From contig CAMYJA010000007.1 in NCBI GenBank assembly GCA_947258705.1, positions 144,424 through 208,423 of the forward strand: a DNA stretch of 64,000 bases. The letters are read 5' to 3'. Positions 27,470 to 36,580 of the stretch are shown here, in pieces. A program made the position numbers and the translations under genes. Position 1 is the stretch's first letter. Each line of letters begins with the position of its first letter. This DNA comes from an uncultured Hyphomicrobiaceae bacterium. GTDB lineage: Bacteria; Pseudomonadota; Alphaproteobacteria; Rhizobiales; CAMYJA01. The notes under the pieces are model-generated. The model made no database searches. It worked only from the letters and a program-made list of their open reading frames with translations, and was not told where the DNA came from.

Positions 27470-29518
27470 TCAAGCCGCCTCTTTCTGATGGCTCGTAAGC
27501 ACCTGTTCGGCCAGCTTGCCCGTCAGTTCCGACAAATGATCGAACTTGGCTTCGAAGGTGCCGACTCCCGACGTCACCGATCTCAACTCGACAATAAGAT
27601 CGGAGATTTCTGCTTCCGGCATATGGGCCTGGACAAGGTCCCAGCCCTCCCAGCCGGGACGGGTATCGAAACCCAGGATCTGCCCGCGCCTTGAAGGAAT
27701 GATGGCATTCACCTTGGCGGTCGCCTCCGACGGCACGACAATTTCGACCGCCATGATGGGTTCGAGCAATACCGGCTGGCATTGCGGCAGGCCTTCGGCC
27801 ATGGCGAGACGCCCGGCCATTTTAAAGGCCTGATCGGACGAATCGACGCTGTGATAGGAGCCGTCCTTGAGGCAGACAGCGACATCGACAACCTTGAATC
27901 CCAGAGGTCCGCGGGCAAGATGTTCCTCGACGCCATGGGCCACAGACGGGATATATTGCTTCGGCACAACACCGCCCGAAATCGTGTCGCTAAACTCAAA
28001 TCCAGAACCCCGGGGTAAGGGTTTGATATCGACGACGACATCGCCGAACTGTCCGTGACCGCCCGATTGTTTTTTGTGCTTGCCGCGTATTTCAACTGCT
28101 TTGCGAATGGTTTCGCGGTATGGGATATGCCGTATGCCGCTTTGTGCGTTGATCCCGAATTTTCGGTGCAGCCGTTCAAGGGCGATGCGCAAATGCATTT
28201 CGCCCTGCCCCCACAACACCATCTCTCCGAGTTCCTGGTTGTGCTCCAGACTGATGGACGGATCTTCCTCGATGATCTTGCCGATTGCCGCGGTGAGTTT
28301 GACCTCGTCCTTTCGTTCCGCCGCTGTGATGGCCAGGCCGTAGACCGGCGCGCGCGCGCGCGGTGCTTCGATATTAATGCTGGCATTTTTTTCGAGCGTC
28401 AGCGTGTCGCCTGTCGCGGTGCTTTCAAGACGGCCGAATGCCACCGTATCTCCGGCACCCGGATTGCCGCTCTTGCTCGGTTCCTGTCCGAGGACCGTGA
28501 AAATGCCGGAAATTCGTTCGTCGCCATTGGGGCCGTAAACCGTCGCACCATCGGAAAATTCACCGCACAGGACACGCGCGAAGGAGAGCTTGCCGCCATG
28601 TTCGGTGTGGAATGTCTTGAAAATATGCGCAGCCGAATCGGCGCCCGACACGCCCAGTCTCTGAACGGTGTCGGCGATGGTCGGCGCCTCGTGACGCAAG
28701 GCCTTCAACAGCCTCAATATGCCGTTGCCATGTTCCGCCGAACCCAAAAGCACCGGACAGATCTCGCCGCTTCTGAGTTCACTTGTCAGATCATCGAACA
28801 CCCGATCGCGCGGCGGTTCGATGTCCTCGAGCAATTGCTCCATCAATGCATCGTCATAGTCGGCGAGATGCTCGAGCATGTTGAAACGCGCTTCTTCTTC
28901 GCGGTCGGTGTGGTCTTTCGGAAGATCCGCGACCTCGCTGGGCGCATGTTCGCGATAGATATATGCGCGTTCGAGCGCCAGGTCGATGAAACCGCTGACG
29001 ATGTCGTTTTCCCATATGGGAATTTGCCTCAGCACAAGCGGTTTGGTGCTGGCGGGCTGCAACAGGGGCAGGATGTCGCGAACGTGCATCTCGGTTGCGT
29101 CAATTTTATTGAGAAAAAGGAAATGAGGAATATTGCGGGTTTCGAGCTGTTTCAGAATGAGCTGAAGGGCCGGTACTTTTTTGGGGTCGGGCTCGCAGAC
29201 GACTATGGCCGCGTCGCAGGCGGTCAGGGCGAGATTGGCCTCATGGCGAAATTCGATCGAGCCGGGGCAATCGATAAAGGTATAGCTGTCGTCGAGGAAG
29301 TCGATGGTGGCGGCGTTGAGTTCAACGCTCATATTGTGGGACCGGGCTTCGTCCGATGCGTCACCGATGGTGGTGCCTTCGGTGGTTTTGCCCTGGCGCG
29401 TAACATTGCCTGATCGCGCGAGTATGGCTTCGAGAAGGGTCGTCTTGCCGCTGAGATAAGGGCCGACGAGTGCGATGCATCGGGAGTTCCGGCCTCCCTG
29501 GCCGTCGGATTGGGCCAT
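27470..29518 (-). CDS. Elongation factor G paralogue (EF-G-like translational GTPase)
   Basis: The GTPase motifs are G1 GPYLSGKT, G3 DCPG and G4 NKID. EF-G domains II-V are recognisable. It is 682 aa, but the N-terminus and P-loop context are atypical for the housekeeping fusA. Confidence 0.88.
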   Translation of the reverse strand: MAQSDGQGGRNSRCIALVGPYLSGKTTLLEAILARSGNVTRQGKTTEGTTIGDASDEARSHNMSVELNAATIDFLDDSYTFIDCPGSIEFRHEANLALTACDAAIVVCEPDPKKVPALQLILKQLETRNIPHFLFLNKIDATEMHVRDILPLLQPASTKPLVLRQIPIWENDIVSGFIDLALERAYIYREHAPSEVADLPKDHTDREEEARFNMLEHLADYDDALMEQLLEDIEPPRDRVFDDLTSELRSGEICPVLLGSAEHGNGILRLLKALRHEAPTIADTVQRLGVSGADSAAHIFKTFHTEHGGKLSFARVLCGEFSDGATVYGPNGDERISGIFTVLGQEPSKSGNPGAGDTVAFGRLESTATGDTLTLEKNASINIEAPRARAPVYGLAITAAERKDEVKLTAAIGKIIEEDPSISLEHNQELGEMVLWGQGEMHLRIALERLHRKFGINAQSGIRHIPYRETIRKAVEIRGKHKKQSGGHGQFGDVVVDIKPLPRGSGFEFSDTISGGVVPKQYIPSVAHGVEEHLARGPLGFKVVDVAVCLKDGSYHSVDSSDQAFKMAGRLAMAEGLPQCQPVLLEPIMAVEIVVPSEATAKVNAIIPSRRGQILGFDTRPGWEGWDLVQAHMPEAEISDLIVELRSVTSGVGTFEAKFDHLSELTGKLAEQVLTSHQKEAA

Positions 29519-29875
29519 ATATTCCTCCTGTGTCGTTGATGGTTAAACTACGGTGCGTTCCCTCCTGGCGGATTTCGCAATCTGTTTCGTCCCTAGGCCG
29601 TTGGGGGGCGGCCCGGGCTTCATTGTCCGGCGTCCGAGTTCCGGCGCTTTTGCGCCGGTTGTTTATGGTGACAAGATGAACCGTTCTTGGCAAGGGGCGC
29701 GCCGGGAAAATCGCAGTTTTTTAGGAAAATTGGTTCACGGCACAGGGGGCGGGGAAGTGCGGCGCGGGGAATGTGTGACTTTGCCGCCTCGCAACTGCGG
29801 AAAAATGGCGGACAGCGTATCACTTCACCATTGATTTACTTGTTAAAATTCAGGACCGATGCTAACTGTTTCAAC

Positions 29876-30280
29876 ATGACGTTACGCGCTCTACTGAAAC
29901 TTTTTCTGGTTTTGAACTGGATATTTTTCCAGTCTGCATTGGCGTTTGCCCATGCACAAAACGGTTGCGGCACAGGCCATGATAGCCACGCAGGAGAGGT
30001 TTCTGTCGAATTACTCGCGCAACATGGACACATAAAAATGGACTTTCTGCCGGCCGGTGAGGCTTCAATCGGAAGCGATAAACCGGACCGCGAAAACCAA
30101 CCCGGCCCCATGGCATCAGATGCGTCATGCTGTGCCGTGGCATCCTCTCTAATGCTGATACCGACTCTTGCCGCTCAGCAGATCGCACCAGCCGGCGGCA
30201 CGCCCGTAGAATTTGCGTTCCCTGGCCCGTATTCAGTCGGCACCCGTCCACCGATTCCTCCTCCCAATATCCGTAGCTGA
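29876..30280 (+). CDS. Hypothetical secreted His/Cys-containing protein, first gene of the copper-type cluster
   Basis: It has a signal peptide (LLKLFLVLNWIFFQSALAFAHA), His-rich segments (GCGTGHDSHAGE, AQHGHIKMD) and a CC pair. No family was recognised with confidence. The start is taken at ATG 29876 inside track ORF 29687..30280. Confidence 0.5.
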   Translation: MTLRALLKLFLVLNWIFFQSALAFAHAQNGCGTGHDSHAGEVSVELLAQHGHIKMDFLPAGEASIGSDKPDRENQPGPMASDASCCAVASSLMLIPTLAAQQIAPAGGTPVEFAFPGPYSVGTRPPIPPPNIRS

Positions 30281-30373
30281 TTCAAGTCTTCTGGAACCGG
30301 TCTGCGTTGTTTGCTTTTCAAGTGGAAAAACGCGTTGCCGCCAATCGTTCGATTTTGATAACGGAAACAAATT

Positions 30374-30640
30374 ATGACGAAACGCTTCATAGGGCGTGTG
30401 AGTGCAAGTGCCGGCATTTTACTGGCGCTCACAGCCTGCACCGAATTTGAAGGTGTCGATTATCTGCGCTACGGCCATCCCGCCGATCCGGTCGCGAGAG
30501 CGGGCAAGCAGGAGAGTGCATCCAGGGCGCTGACACCGGAAATCATTTCCGTCGAGCCGGACGTAAAGCCGAGCGCGCCTGCCAAGCAAGGTAGCGGGAC
30601 GCCGCCGATAGACCATAGCATGCACGGTGGGGGCCGTTGA
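30374..30640 (+). CDS. Small lipoprotein with a His/Met-containing C-terminus
   Basis: It has a lipobox (ILLALTAC) and the C-terminal sequence IDHSMHGGGR. Its stop overlaps or abuts the start of the TolC-family gene. Confidence 0.55.
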   Translation: MTKRFIGRVSASAGILLALTACTEFEGVDYLRYGHPADPVARAGKQESASRALTPEIISVEPDVKPSAPAKQGSGTPPIDHSMHGGGR

Positions 30641-30645
30641 TTACG

Positions 30646-32070
30646 ATGCGCAAAATAAAAATCATAACCAGCGTGGCGCTGAGCGGCGCGATACTTGGCG
30701 GCTGCACCACGCTGTCGGCCGAACAAGCCTTTGAAGACGTGGCGCTGACGATCGAGGAACGCACGGGGCAGCGTATCGATTGGGACCAGGGCACCGATGA
30801 CGACCTTGCGGCCCGCGCCGCGGTTGACATGCTGCTCAGCAGGCCTTTGACATTGAAAAGCGCAACCCAGATCGCGCTCATGAATAATCGTGGACTGCAA
30901 TCCACTTATACCGAGCTTGGCATCGCCCAGGCGGGGCTTGTTCAGGCCGGGCTCTTGAAGAATCCGGTATTTGACGTTTCCATCATCGATCCCGTTGAAG
31001 GCGGTCTGCCCGCCAATCTTGCATTCGGCGTAGTCTTTCAGTTTATCGATGCGCTGTACATTCCATTGCGCCGCAGGGTGGCCGCATCTAAACTCGAAGA
31101 GGCCAAGATCGGCGTCGCTTCGCAGGTGATCGACCATGCGGCAGCCGCACAGTCGGCATACATCGATTATGTCGCGGCGCGGCAGCTTGTCGAACTATTC
31201 CGACAGGTTGAGAATTCCGCGCGCGCTTCGCTGGAAGCCGCTAAGGCCTTGCGCGAAGCGGGCAATACGACGGAGCTTGATTTTGAAACGCAGCAAAGTC
31301 TTCTGACCGAGGCGAAACTTGAACTCGCTCAGGCCGAGGCGCTTGTTGTTGAGGGGCGCGAAAAAGTCAATCTGGCACTCGGGCTGACGGGGGATCAAAC
31401 CCGCTGGAGCGCAGCTTCACGGCTGCCGTCCATCTCCGGTGTTCCTGCATCGACCCGTCAGATCGAAAAACGCGCCGTTGAGAAGAGCCTTGATCTGGAG
31501 GCCGGCCGTCAGCGGCTCATCACGCTGGCGCATCAATATGGCGTCGATACCGCGACCTCAATAATCCCGGATCTGGAAATCGGTCTGGAAGTCGAGCGTG
31601 AGGAAGCCGAGAAGGAATGGAGCCGCGGTCCGACCTTCGGACTGGTCCTGCCGATTTTCGATCAGGGGCGGGCCAAGCGTGCGGCGGCCGAAATGCAGAT
31701 CAGAAAGGCCCAGGACATGTATTGGGATATGGCTGTACAAATCCGGTCGTCCGCGCGGGCCATCCGTGCCAGGCTGAAAATGGCCCGGCAACAGGTGAAC
31801 TACTATAATCGCGCGATCCTGCCGCAATCGGCCAAAATTCTCAAAGCAACCCAGCTCAACTATAACGCCATGCAGTCCGGTGTTTTCAGACTGCTCCTGG
31901 CCAAACGCAGCCAGGTACAGGCCGGCCAACGTTATATCCAGGCGCTGCAGGCCTATTGGCAAACCATTGTTCAATATAAGCAACTCATGAATGGCCGCCT
32001 GCCCTCTGGCGGCGCGCAAATGGGCTCCGTGCAAACTGCGAGTGCCGGGGCCGAAAGTGGAGGACATTAA
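30646..32070 (+). CDS. TolC/CusC-family outer membrane efflux lipoprotein
   Basis: It has a lipobox (ILGGCTT) and two OEP repeats with the typical start of the family (LTLKSATQIALMNNRGLQ). Possible starts are ATG 30646 or TTG 30637. Confidence 0.85.
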   Translation: MRKIKIITSVALSGAILGGCTTLSAEQAFEDVALTIEERTGQRIDWDQGTDDDLAARAAVDMLLSRPLTLKSATQIALMNNRGLQSTYTELGIAQAGLVQAGLLKNPVFDVSIIDPVEGGLPANLAFGVVFQFIDALYIPLRRRVAASKLEEAKIGVASQVIDHAAAAQSAYIDYVAARQLVELFRQVENSARASLEAAKALREAGNTTELDFETQQSLLTEAKLELAQAEALVVEGREKVNLALGLTGDQTRWSAASRLPSISGVPASTRQIEKRAVEKSLDLEAGRQRLITLAHQYGVDTATSIIPDLEIGLEVEREEAEKEWSRGPTFGLVLPIFDQGRAKRAAAEMQIRKAQDMYWDMAVQIRSSARAIRARLKMARQQVNYYNRAILPQSAKILKATQLNYNAMQSGVFRLLLAKRSQVQAGQRYIQALQAYWQTIVQYKQLMNGRLPSGGAQMGSVQTASAGAESGGH

Positions 32071-32071
32071 A

Positions 32072-33405
32072 ATGTCAGACAAAAAATCAAAAACTCAAAA
32101 CACAGAGCAACAACATGATTGGACGTTCAACCGGCGCGAGACGCTGGGCCTGGGAGGCGCGGCCATCGCCAGTGCGGCAATCGCTGGCGTCGGCATGGCC
32201 GGCGAGAGTTACGCGCAGGACATGCGCGGCTCCCATGAGGGGCATAATATGCAGCCGACGACCCAGCCCAAAGTTTCGGGCAAGGCCTATCCCTATAAAT
32301 ATCCCAGAGGTAATAAATTCTACGCGCGCAGCGTCGACGACTGGGACGGGCTGGAGCCAATGTGGAGGAATTCCTGCACGAATTCGCGCCCGGCCTCAGG
32401 GCTCTATGCTGGGGTTATAACAAACAGCTGACCGGTCCCGTCATCGAAGCGGTGGAAGGCGACCGTATACGCATCTACGTCACCAACCGGCTCAATACCA
32501 AGACCAGCGTGCACTGGCACGGGCTCCTGCTGCCATCCGGCATGGACGGGGTGGGCGGCCTGTCGCACCGCAAGATCAAGCCGGGCGAGACGTTTAAATA
32601 TGAATGGACCATCAACCAGTATGGGACGTTCATGTATCACTCCCATACCGACACGATGACGCAGGAGGGCATGGGACTCACCGGCATGTTCATCGTTCAT
32701 CCGCGCAAGGAAACACAGCCCAGGCCGGACCGGGATTTCGTCCTGATGATGAACGAGTTCGACATCAAGCCCGGCACCTACCGTCCCGATCCCAATGTGT
32801 TTTCCGGCTACAATACGCTCACGCTGAACGGCAAATGCTTTCCGGGCACGTCGCCGCTGGTGGCGAAACTCGGGGATCACGTGCGCATCCGGGTCGGCAA
32901 TCTGTCGGCCATGGATCACCATCCACTTCATCTTCATGGACACGCTTTCGAGGTGACCGAGACCGATGGCGGCATAATCCCCGAATCCCGACGCCAACCG
33001 GACACGACCGTCCTGGTTTCGGTCGGCCAGACCCGAGCTGTCGAATTTATCGCCGATAATCCGGGAGACTGGGCGATGCATTGCCACATGACCCACCACA
33101 CCATGAACCAGATGGGGCATGATATTCCCAATACCGTCGGCATCAAACCGAACCGGCTCGATTACAGAATGGCCAACCTGCTTCCTGGATACATGACCAT
33201 GGGCGTTGGCGGCATGGGCGATATGGCGGAGCACGCCAAACATATGCAGATGCCGGAAAATTCGATTCCAATGGTTGGCACTGATGGTCCGTACGACTAT
33301 ATTGGCGCTGGCGGCATGTTTCCGGGTTGGTATAATGCCCCTGAGGGTACAACCGCGACAGCTGCGACGTTCGCGGAACTCAAGAGGGACGGCATCAAAG
33401 TTTAA
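32072..33405 (+). pseudogene. Tat-exported multicopper oxidase (CopA/PcoA/CueO-like) interrupted by a +/-1 frameshift
   Basis: The Tat signal (FNRRETLGLGGAAIASAAIAGVG) and first ~96 codons are in one frame (ORF ending 32431). The oxidase body with copper ligands HWHG, YHSH, HPLHLHGH and HCHMTHH plus a Met-rich loop is in another frame (open from 32317). The frames overlap over 32317-32431. Confidence 0.85.
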
Positions 33406-33416
33406 GGGGAGCGGGC

Positions 33417-33821
33417 GTGGAGAAAAATTCGTTTATCTGGCTGGCGGCGGCTGTTGCTATCGGTCTTGGTATTATTTACTTCATGCGCAGCGGCCCATTG
33501 CCGGGGTATGAACCGGTTAACGTCACTGTTCCGGAGCTTACGGCCGAGGCGCAGGCAGGGCGGACCATATTCGAGGCCAATTGCAAGAAATGCCACGGTA
33601 AAAACGCCGGCGGTTCGCGCAAAGGGCCGCCCCTTGTTCACAAGATCTATGAACCCAGCCATCACGGCGATATCGCTTTTCAGATGGCGGTGAAAAATGG
33701 CGTGCTGTCACATCACTGGCCGTTTGGCAAAATGCCGCCCGTGCCCGGTGTCAGTGAAGAACAGGTCACATCGATCATCAGCTATGTGCGCGAATTGCAG
33801 CGGGCAAACGGCATTCGGTGA
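33417..33821 (+). CDS. Membrane-anchored monohaem c-type cytochrome
   Basis: It has an N-terminal TM helix (FIWLAAAVAIGLGIIYF), the haem motif CKKCHG, and a distal Met region (FGKMPPVPG). The GTG start lies 11 nt after the oxidase stop. Confidence 0.8.
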   Translation: MEKNSFIWLAAAVAIGLGIIYFMRSGPLPGYEPVNVTVPELTAEAQAGRTIFEANCKKCHGKNAGGSRKGPPLVHKIYEPSHHGDIAFQMAVKNGVLSHHWPFGKMPPVPGVSEEQVTSIISYVRELQRANGIR

Positions 33822-33836
33822 TTTCCAGATGGCGTT

Positions 33837-34712
33837 TCAAGGGTTTTGGACGCATTTTTTCAATCCCTTGTTGTAATGATAACCGGGGCCGCAATAGGCG
33901 GCCCACTTGTCCTGGCAGAAATTGCCCTCATTGGTCCAGACCGTGCCGGGTGGGCATCCGGTTTTTTTCTTCTTCTTCGCATACCAGGTGCAGCGTTTGC
34001 GGCTGACACTCCAATACTGTCCTTTTCGACATCTTTTTGTTGTCGTCTTCGGCAGCGGTGCCGCCTTCTTGAAATGCGGGCAGACGCTCAGTATGCCGAC
34101 CGCCTTGATGCCGTCTATGCACATGATGCCGCCCCAATGATAGCCGATACGGCCGCGAAAACGGATTTTGAACCAGTCATGCTCGCCCATGCGCTGGCCG
34201 GTATTTTCAAGAAGCGTGATGGCTTCGCCTTCTCGAAGACTGGCGGTCTTGCGGGTTTCCATGCTGGGGCCCGACCGCACTTTACCGCCAAAGGAGCGGG
34301 CGCGATGCGGAAAGCGGATATGGACGCCTGCCTGACCCGGCAATGTCGTTGGGATCGTGGCCGGCGGCGGTGTTGGCTGCGCGTTTTGGATCGGCCGGGA
34401 GCCTGAAGCCGTTGCGCAATTGACGCTGCCGCTGCCGGGGCGCATCAGCGTCCATGCCGTGCCCTTGCCATGCAGTTCATAGCCGCCACCGGTGTACCGC
34501 GCACCGGATGCGGACACGGCCTCGGTGAGCACCACCTTGATCCGGCCCTGAAACTCGAGAAGAACGCTTTCACCGTTCGGGGCAAAAAGAACCGTTAGCG
34601 CCAGGGCGCCATCGCAGAGCATGCTCTGGGCCTGCGCCGCGGCGCGTTCGGAATTGGTTGAAACGGCTATGGCGAACAATATTACAAGGAAAGAACGAGC
34701 GATCGACTTCAT
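33837..34712 (-). CDS. Secreted MliC-like / SH3 / Cys-repeat fusion protein
   Basis: It has a signal peptide. The N-terminal domain carries the MliC hallmark AVSASGARYTGGGYELHGKG...C. A central SH3b-like segment follows (GEAITLLENTGQRMGEHDWFKIRFRGRIGYHWGG). The C-terminus has three C-x2-G-x2-[WY]-x5-8-C units and a K5 run. Confidence 0.7.
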   Translation of the reverse strand: MKSIARSFLVILFAIAVSTNSERAAAQAQSMLCDGALALTVLFAPNGESVLLEFQGRIKVVLTEAVSASGARYTGGGYELHGKGTAWTLMRPGSGSVNCATASGSRPIQNAQPTPPPATIPTTLPGQAGVHIRFPHRARSFGGKVRSGPSMETRKTASLREGEAITLLENTGQRMGEHDWFKIRFRGRIGYHWGGIMCIDGIKAVGILSVCPHFKKAAPLPKTTTKRCRKGQYWSVSRKRCTWYAKKKKKTGCPPGTVWTNEGNFCQDKWAAYCGPGYHYNKGLKKCVQNP

Positions 34713-34925
34713 CTGGCGGCCCCCCATGGCGCAATACAATCACGTAAAAGAACAAATCAGCCTATAGAAACCACGGTTTTTTTCCAATGCTATTATCGGG
34801 CAACGGAATTTATTCCAATGGAAATTCTGGCCAACAGACTATCCGGATAGTGCGGCGCTTCGCCGTGAATCGTCCATCTCGTTTTTCCGCATCCAATGGC
34901 GACCCGGCAAGGATGGCGCCGCCTG

Positions 34926-35378
34926 CTATTTCACCTTCGTCCGGGTGACAAGGCTGGCGTCCTGCAGGCGCCCTGTCTTGGTGACCGTTTTTACGCATTT
35001 CGTATCGATTCCGGTCGTGCTCGGGTAAGAGTCGTAGTCATCATTGCAAAGGAATTGCCCCTGGACCGGTTTCTTGCTCCAGGGGTTGGTGTATTCCAGA
35101 ATAACCAGATAAGCCTTCGAGGCGCTCACGAATTTCCGTCCCGCCTTGTTGACGCAGGTTTCCTCGTCGGATGAAATCAGTGTTTCGGATATTTTTTTGC
35201 TGGAAATTTCCTGCATTTCCTTGGGATTGCCAGGATCGCGCCAGGTGAGCTGCTCGCCGTCATACTGGAACTGAGTCGATGCGTCCGTGCAATAATATGC
35301 ACGACTGCCGGCTTGAACGGTCCCTGGTCCAAACAGGACGGTCATCAATATGGCGGCTGCCAGATAAATATATTGCAT
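34926..35378 (-). CDS. Hypothetical secreted Cys-containing protein
   Basis: It has a signal peptide (YLAAAILMTVLFGPGTVQA) and 4 Cys in the mature part. No family was recognised. Confidence 0.5.
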   Translation of the reverse strand: MQYIYLAAAILMTVLFGPGTVQAGSRAYYCTDASTQFQYDGEQLTWRDPGNPKEMQEISSKKISETLISSDEETCVNKAGRKFVSASKAYLVILEYTNPWSKKPVQGQFLCNDDYDSYPSTTGIDTKCVKTVTKTGRLQDASLVTRTKVK

Positions 35379-35480
35379 CGATTTTCTCCCATCGCGAATT
35401 GCGAAAAAGCGCACAGAGCCTATAATTTTTTCCAATGCGCCGTGCCATGCGCAAACTCGACCTTAGCACAGGAGTTTTTC

Positions 35481-36188
35481 ATGCCGGATCACAAAGTTGT
35501 CTCCCGCAATGCGTGGCTGGCCGCCCGGAAAGAGCTGTTGGCGGAAGAAAAGGAATTCATGGCCCGGCGCGATGCCTTGAACGCCAAGCGCCGCGCGCTT
35601 CCCCGGGTCAAGGTCGATGAGGACTATATTTTTCAGGGGCCTGACGGCGAGGTTACGCTTGCGGGCCTGTTCGGCGACAATAGCCAGCTCATTGTCCAGC
35701 ATTTCATGTATGGCGACGGCTGGAAGGAGGGATGCCCGAGCTGTTCCTTCTGGGCCGATGGTTATGATGGCATCGACGTGCATCTGGCCCATCGCGACGC
35801 GGCCTTCGTTACGGTCTCGAACGCCCCCCTGGCGCAGCTCGAAGCCTATAAAACCCGCATGGGTTGGCGTTTTAATTGGGTTTCGTGCTTCGGATCGCGC
35901 TTCAATCACGACTATCACGTGTCGTGCACGCCGCAAGAACTCGAAAAGGGGCCGGTCGAATATAATTACCGGCAATCGACTTTTTCGAGCACGGAGCTTC
36001 CGGGTGTGAGCGTTTTCGCCCGGGACAGCGCGGGGGATGTCTATCACACCTATTCGTGTTATTCGCGCGGGCTCGACAATTTGAATGTAGCCTATCAATA
36101 TATCGACCTTCTGCCGAAGGGCCGGGACGAGGACGGATTGCCGCACACCATGGCCTGGCTCAGACGTCACGATCAATATGACGACTGA
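35481..36188 (+). CDS. DUF899-family thioredoxin-like protein
   Basis: ATG 35481 is preceded by AGGAG. The sequence pattern (WLAARKELLAEEKEF...CPSCSFWADGYDG...VYHTYSCYSRG) is typical of DUF899. Confidence 0.85.
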   Translation: MPDHKVVSRNAWLAARKELLAEEKEFMARRDALNAKRRALPRVKVDEDYIFQGPDGEVTLAGLFGDNSQLIVQHFMYGDGWKEGCPSCSFWADGYDGIDVHLAHRDAAFVTVSNAPLAQLEAYKTRMGWRFNWVSCFGSRFNHDYHVSCTPQELEKGPVEYNYRQSTFSSTELPGVSVFARDSAGDVYHTYSCYSRGLDNLNVAYQYIDLLPKGRDEDGLPHTMAWLRRHDQYDD

Positions 36189-36217
36189 CGCGTGGTTTAA
36201 TCGCTGGAGTTGAAACC

Positions 36218-36559
36218 ATGGCTTATGACGAGGAAATGACCGACCGGTACCGCGCAACGCTCGACGGAATGGCCGGTATCTCGGAAAAACGCATGATGGG
36301 CGGCGTCTGCTTTTTTCTCGACGGCAACATGATCGGCGGCGCAGACCGGAGCAAGGACGGCGAAAGACGGTTCATGTTTCGCGTCGGCAAGGAGAACGAA
36401 GCGGAAGCACTCGCACGCGACGGGGCGCGAATCGTGGAACTTGGCGGGAGGCGCATGGGCGGGCTCATTTTTGTTCCCATCGATGTCTGCGATGATGCGG
36501 CTCTGAAAGATTGGATTTCCATGGCGCTGCGTTTCGTGTCGACTCTGCCGCCGAAATAA
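36218..36559 (+). CDS. TfoX/Sxy N-terminal-domain family protein
   Basis: It is 113 aa and shows the pattern EKRMMGGVCFFLDGNMIGG. Confidence 0.75.
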   Translation: MAYDEEMTDRYRATLDGMAGISEKRMMGGVCFFLDGNMIGGADRSKDGERRFMFRVGKENEAEALARDGARIVELGGRRMGGLIFVPIDVCDDAALKDWISMALRFVSTLPPK

Positions 36560-36580
36560 TGCGCTCACGGAGTTTATTTC

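Noticed and set aside
28055-29413. 452-aa ORF on the plus strand
   Set aside because: It lies entirely antisense to the well-supported EF-G-like gene. Its Arg/Ala/Gly-rich composition has no motifs, which is typical of a high-GC shadow ORF.
32404-33243. 279-aa ORF on the minus strand
   Set aside because: It is antisense to the multicopper oxidase body.
35463-36257. 264-aa ORF on the minus strand
   Set aside because: It is antisense to the DUF899 gene, and no motifs are present.
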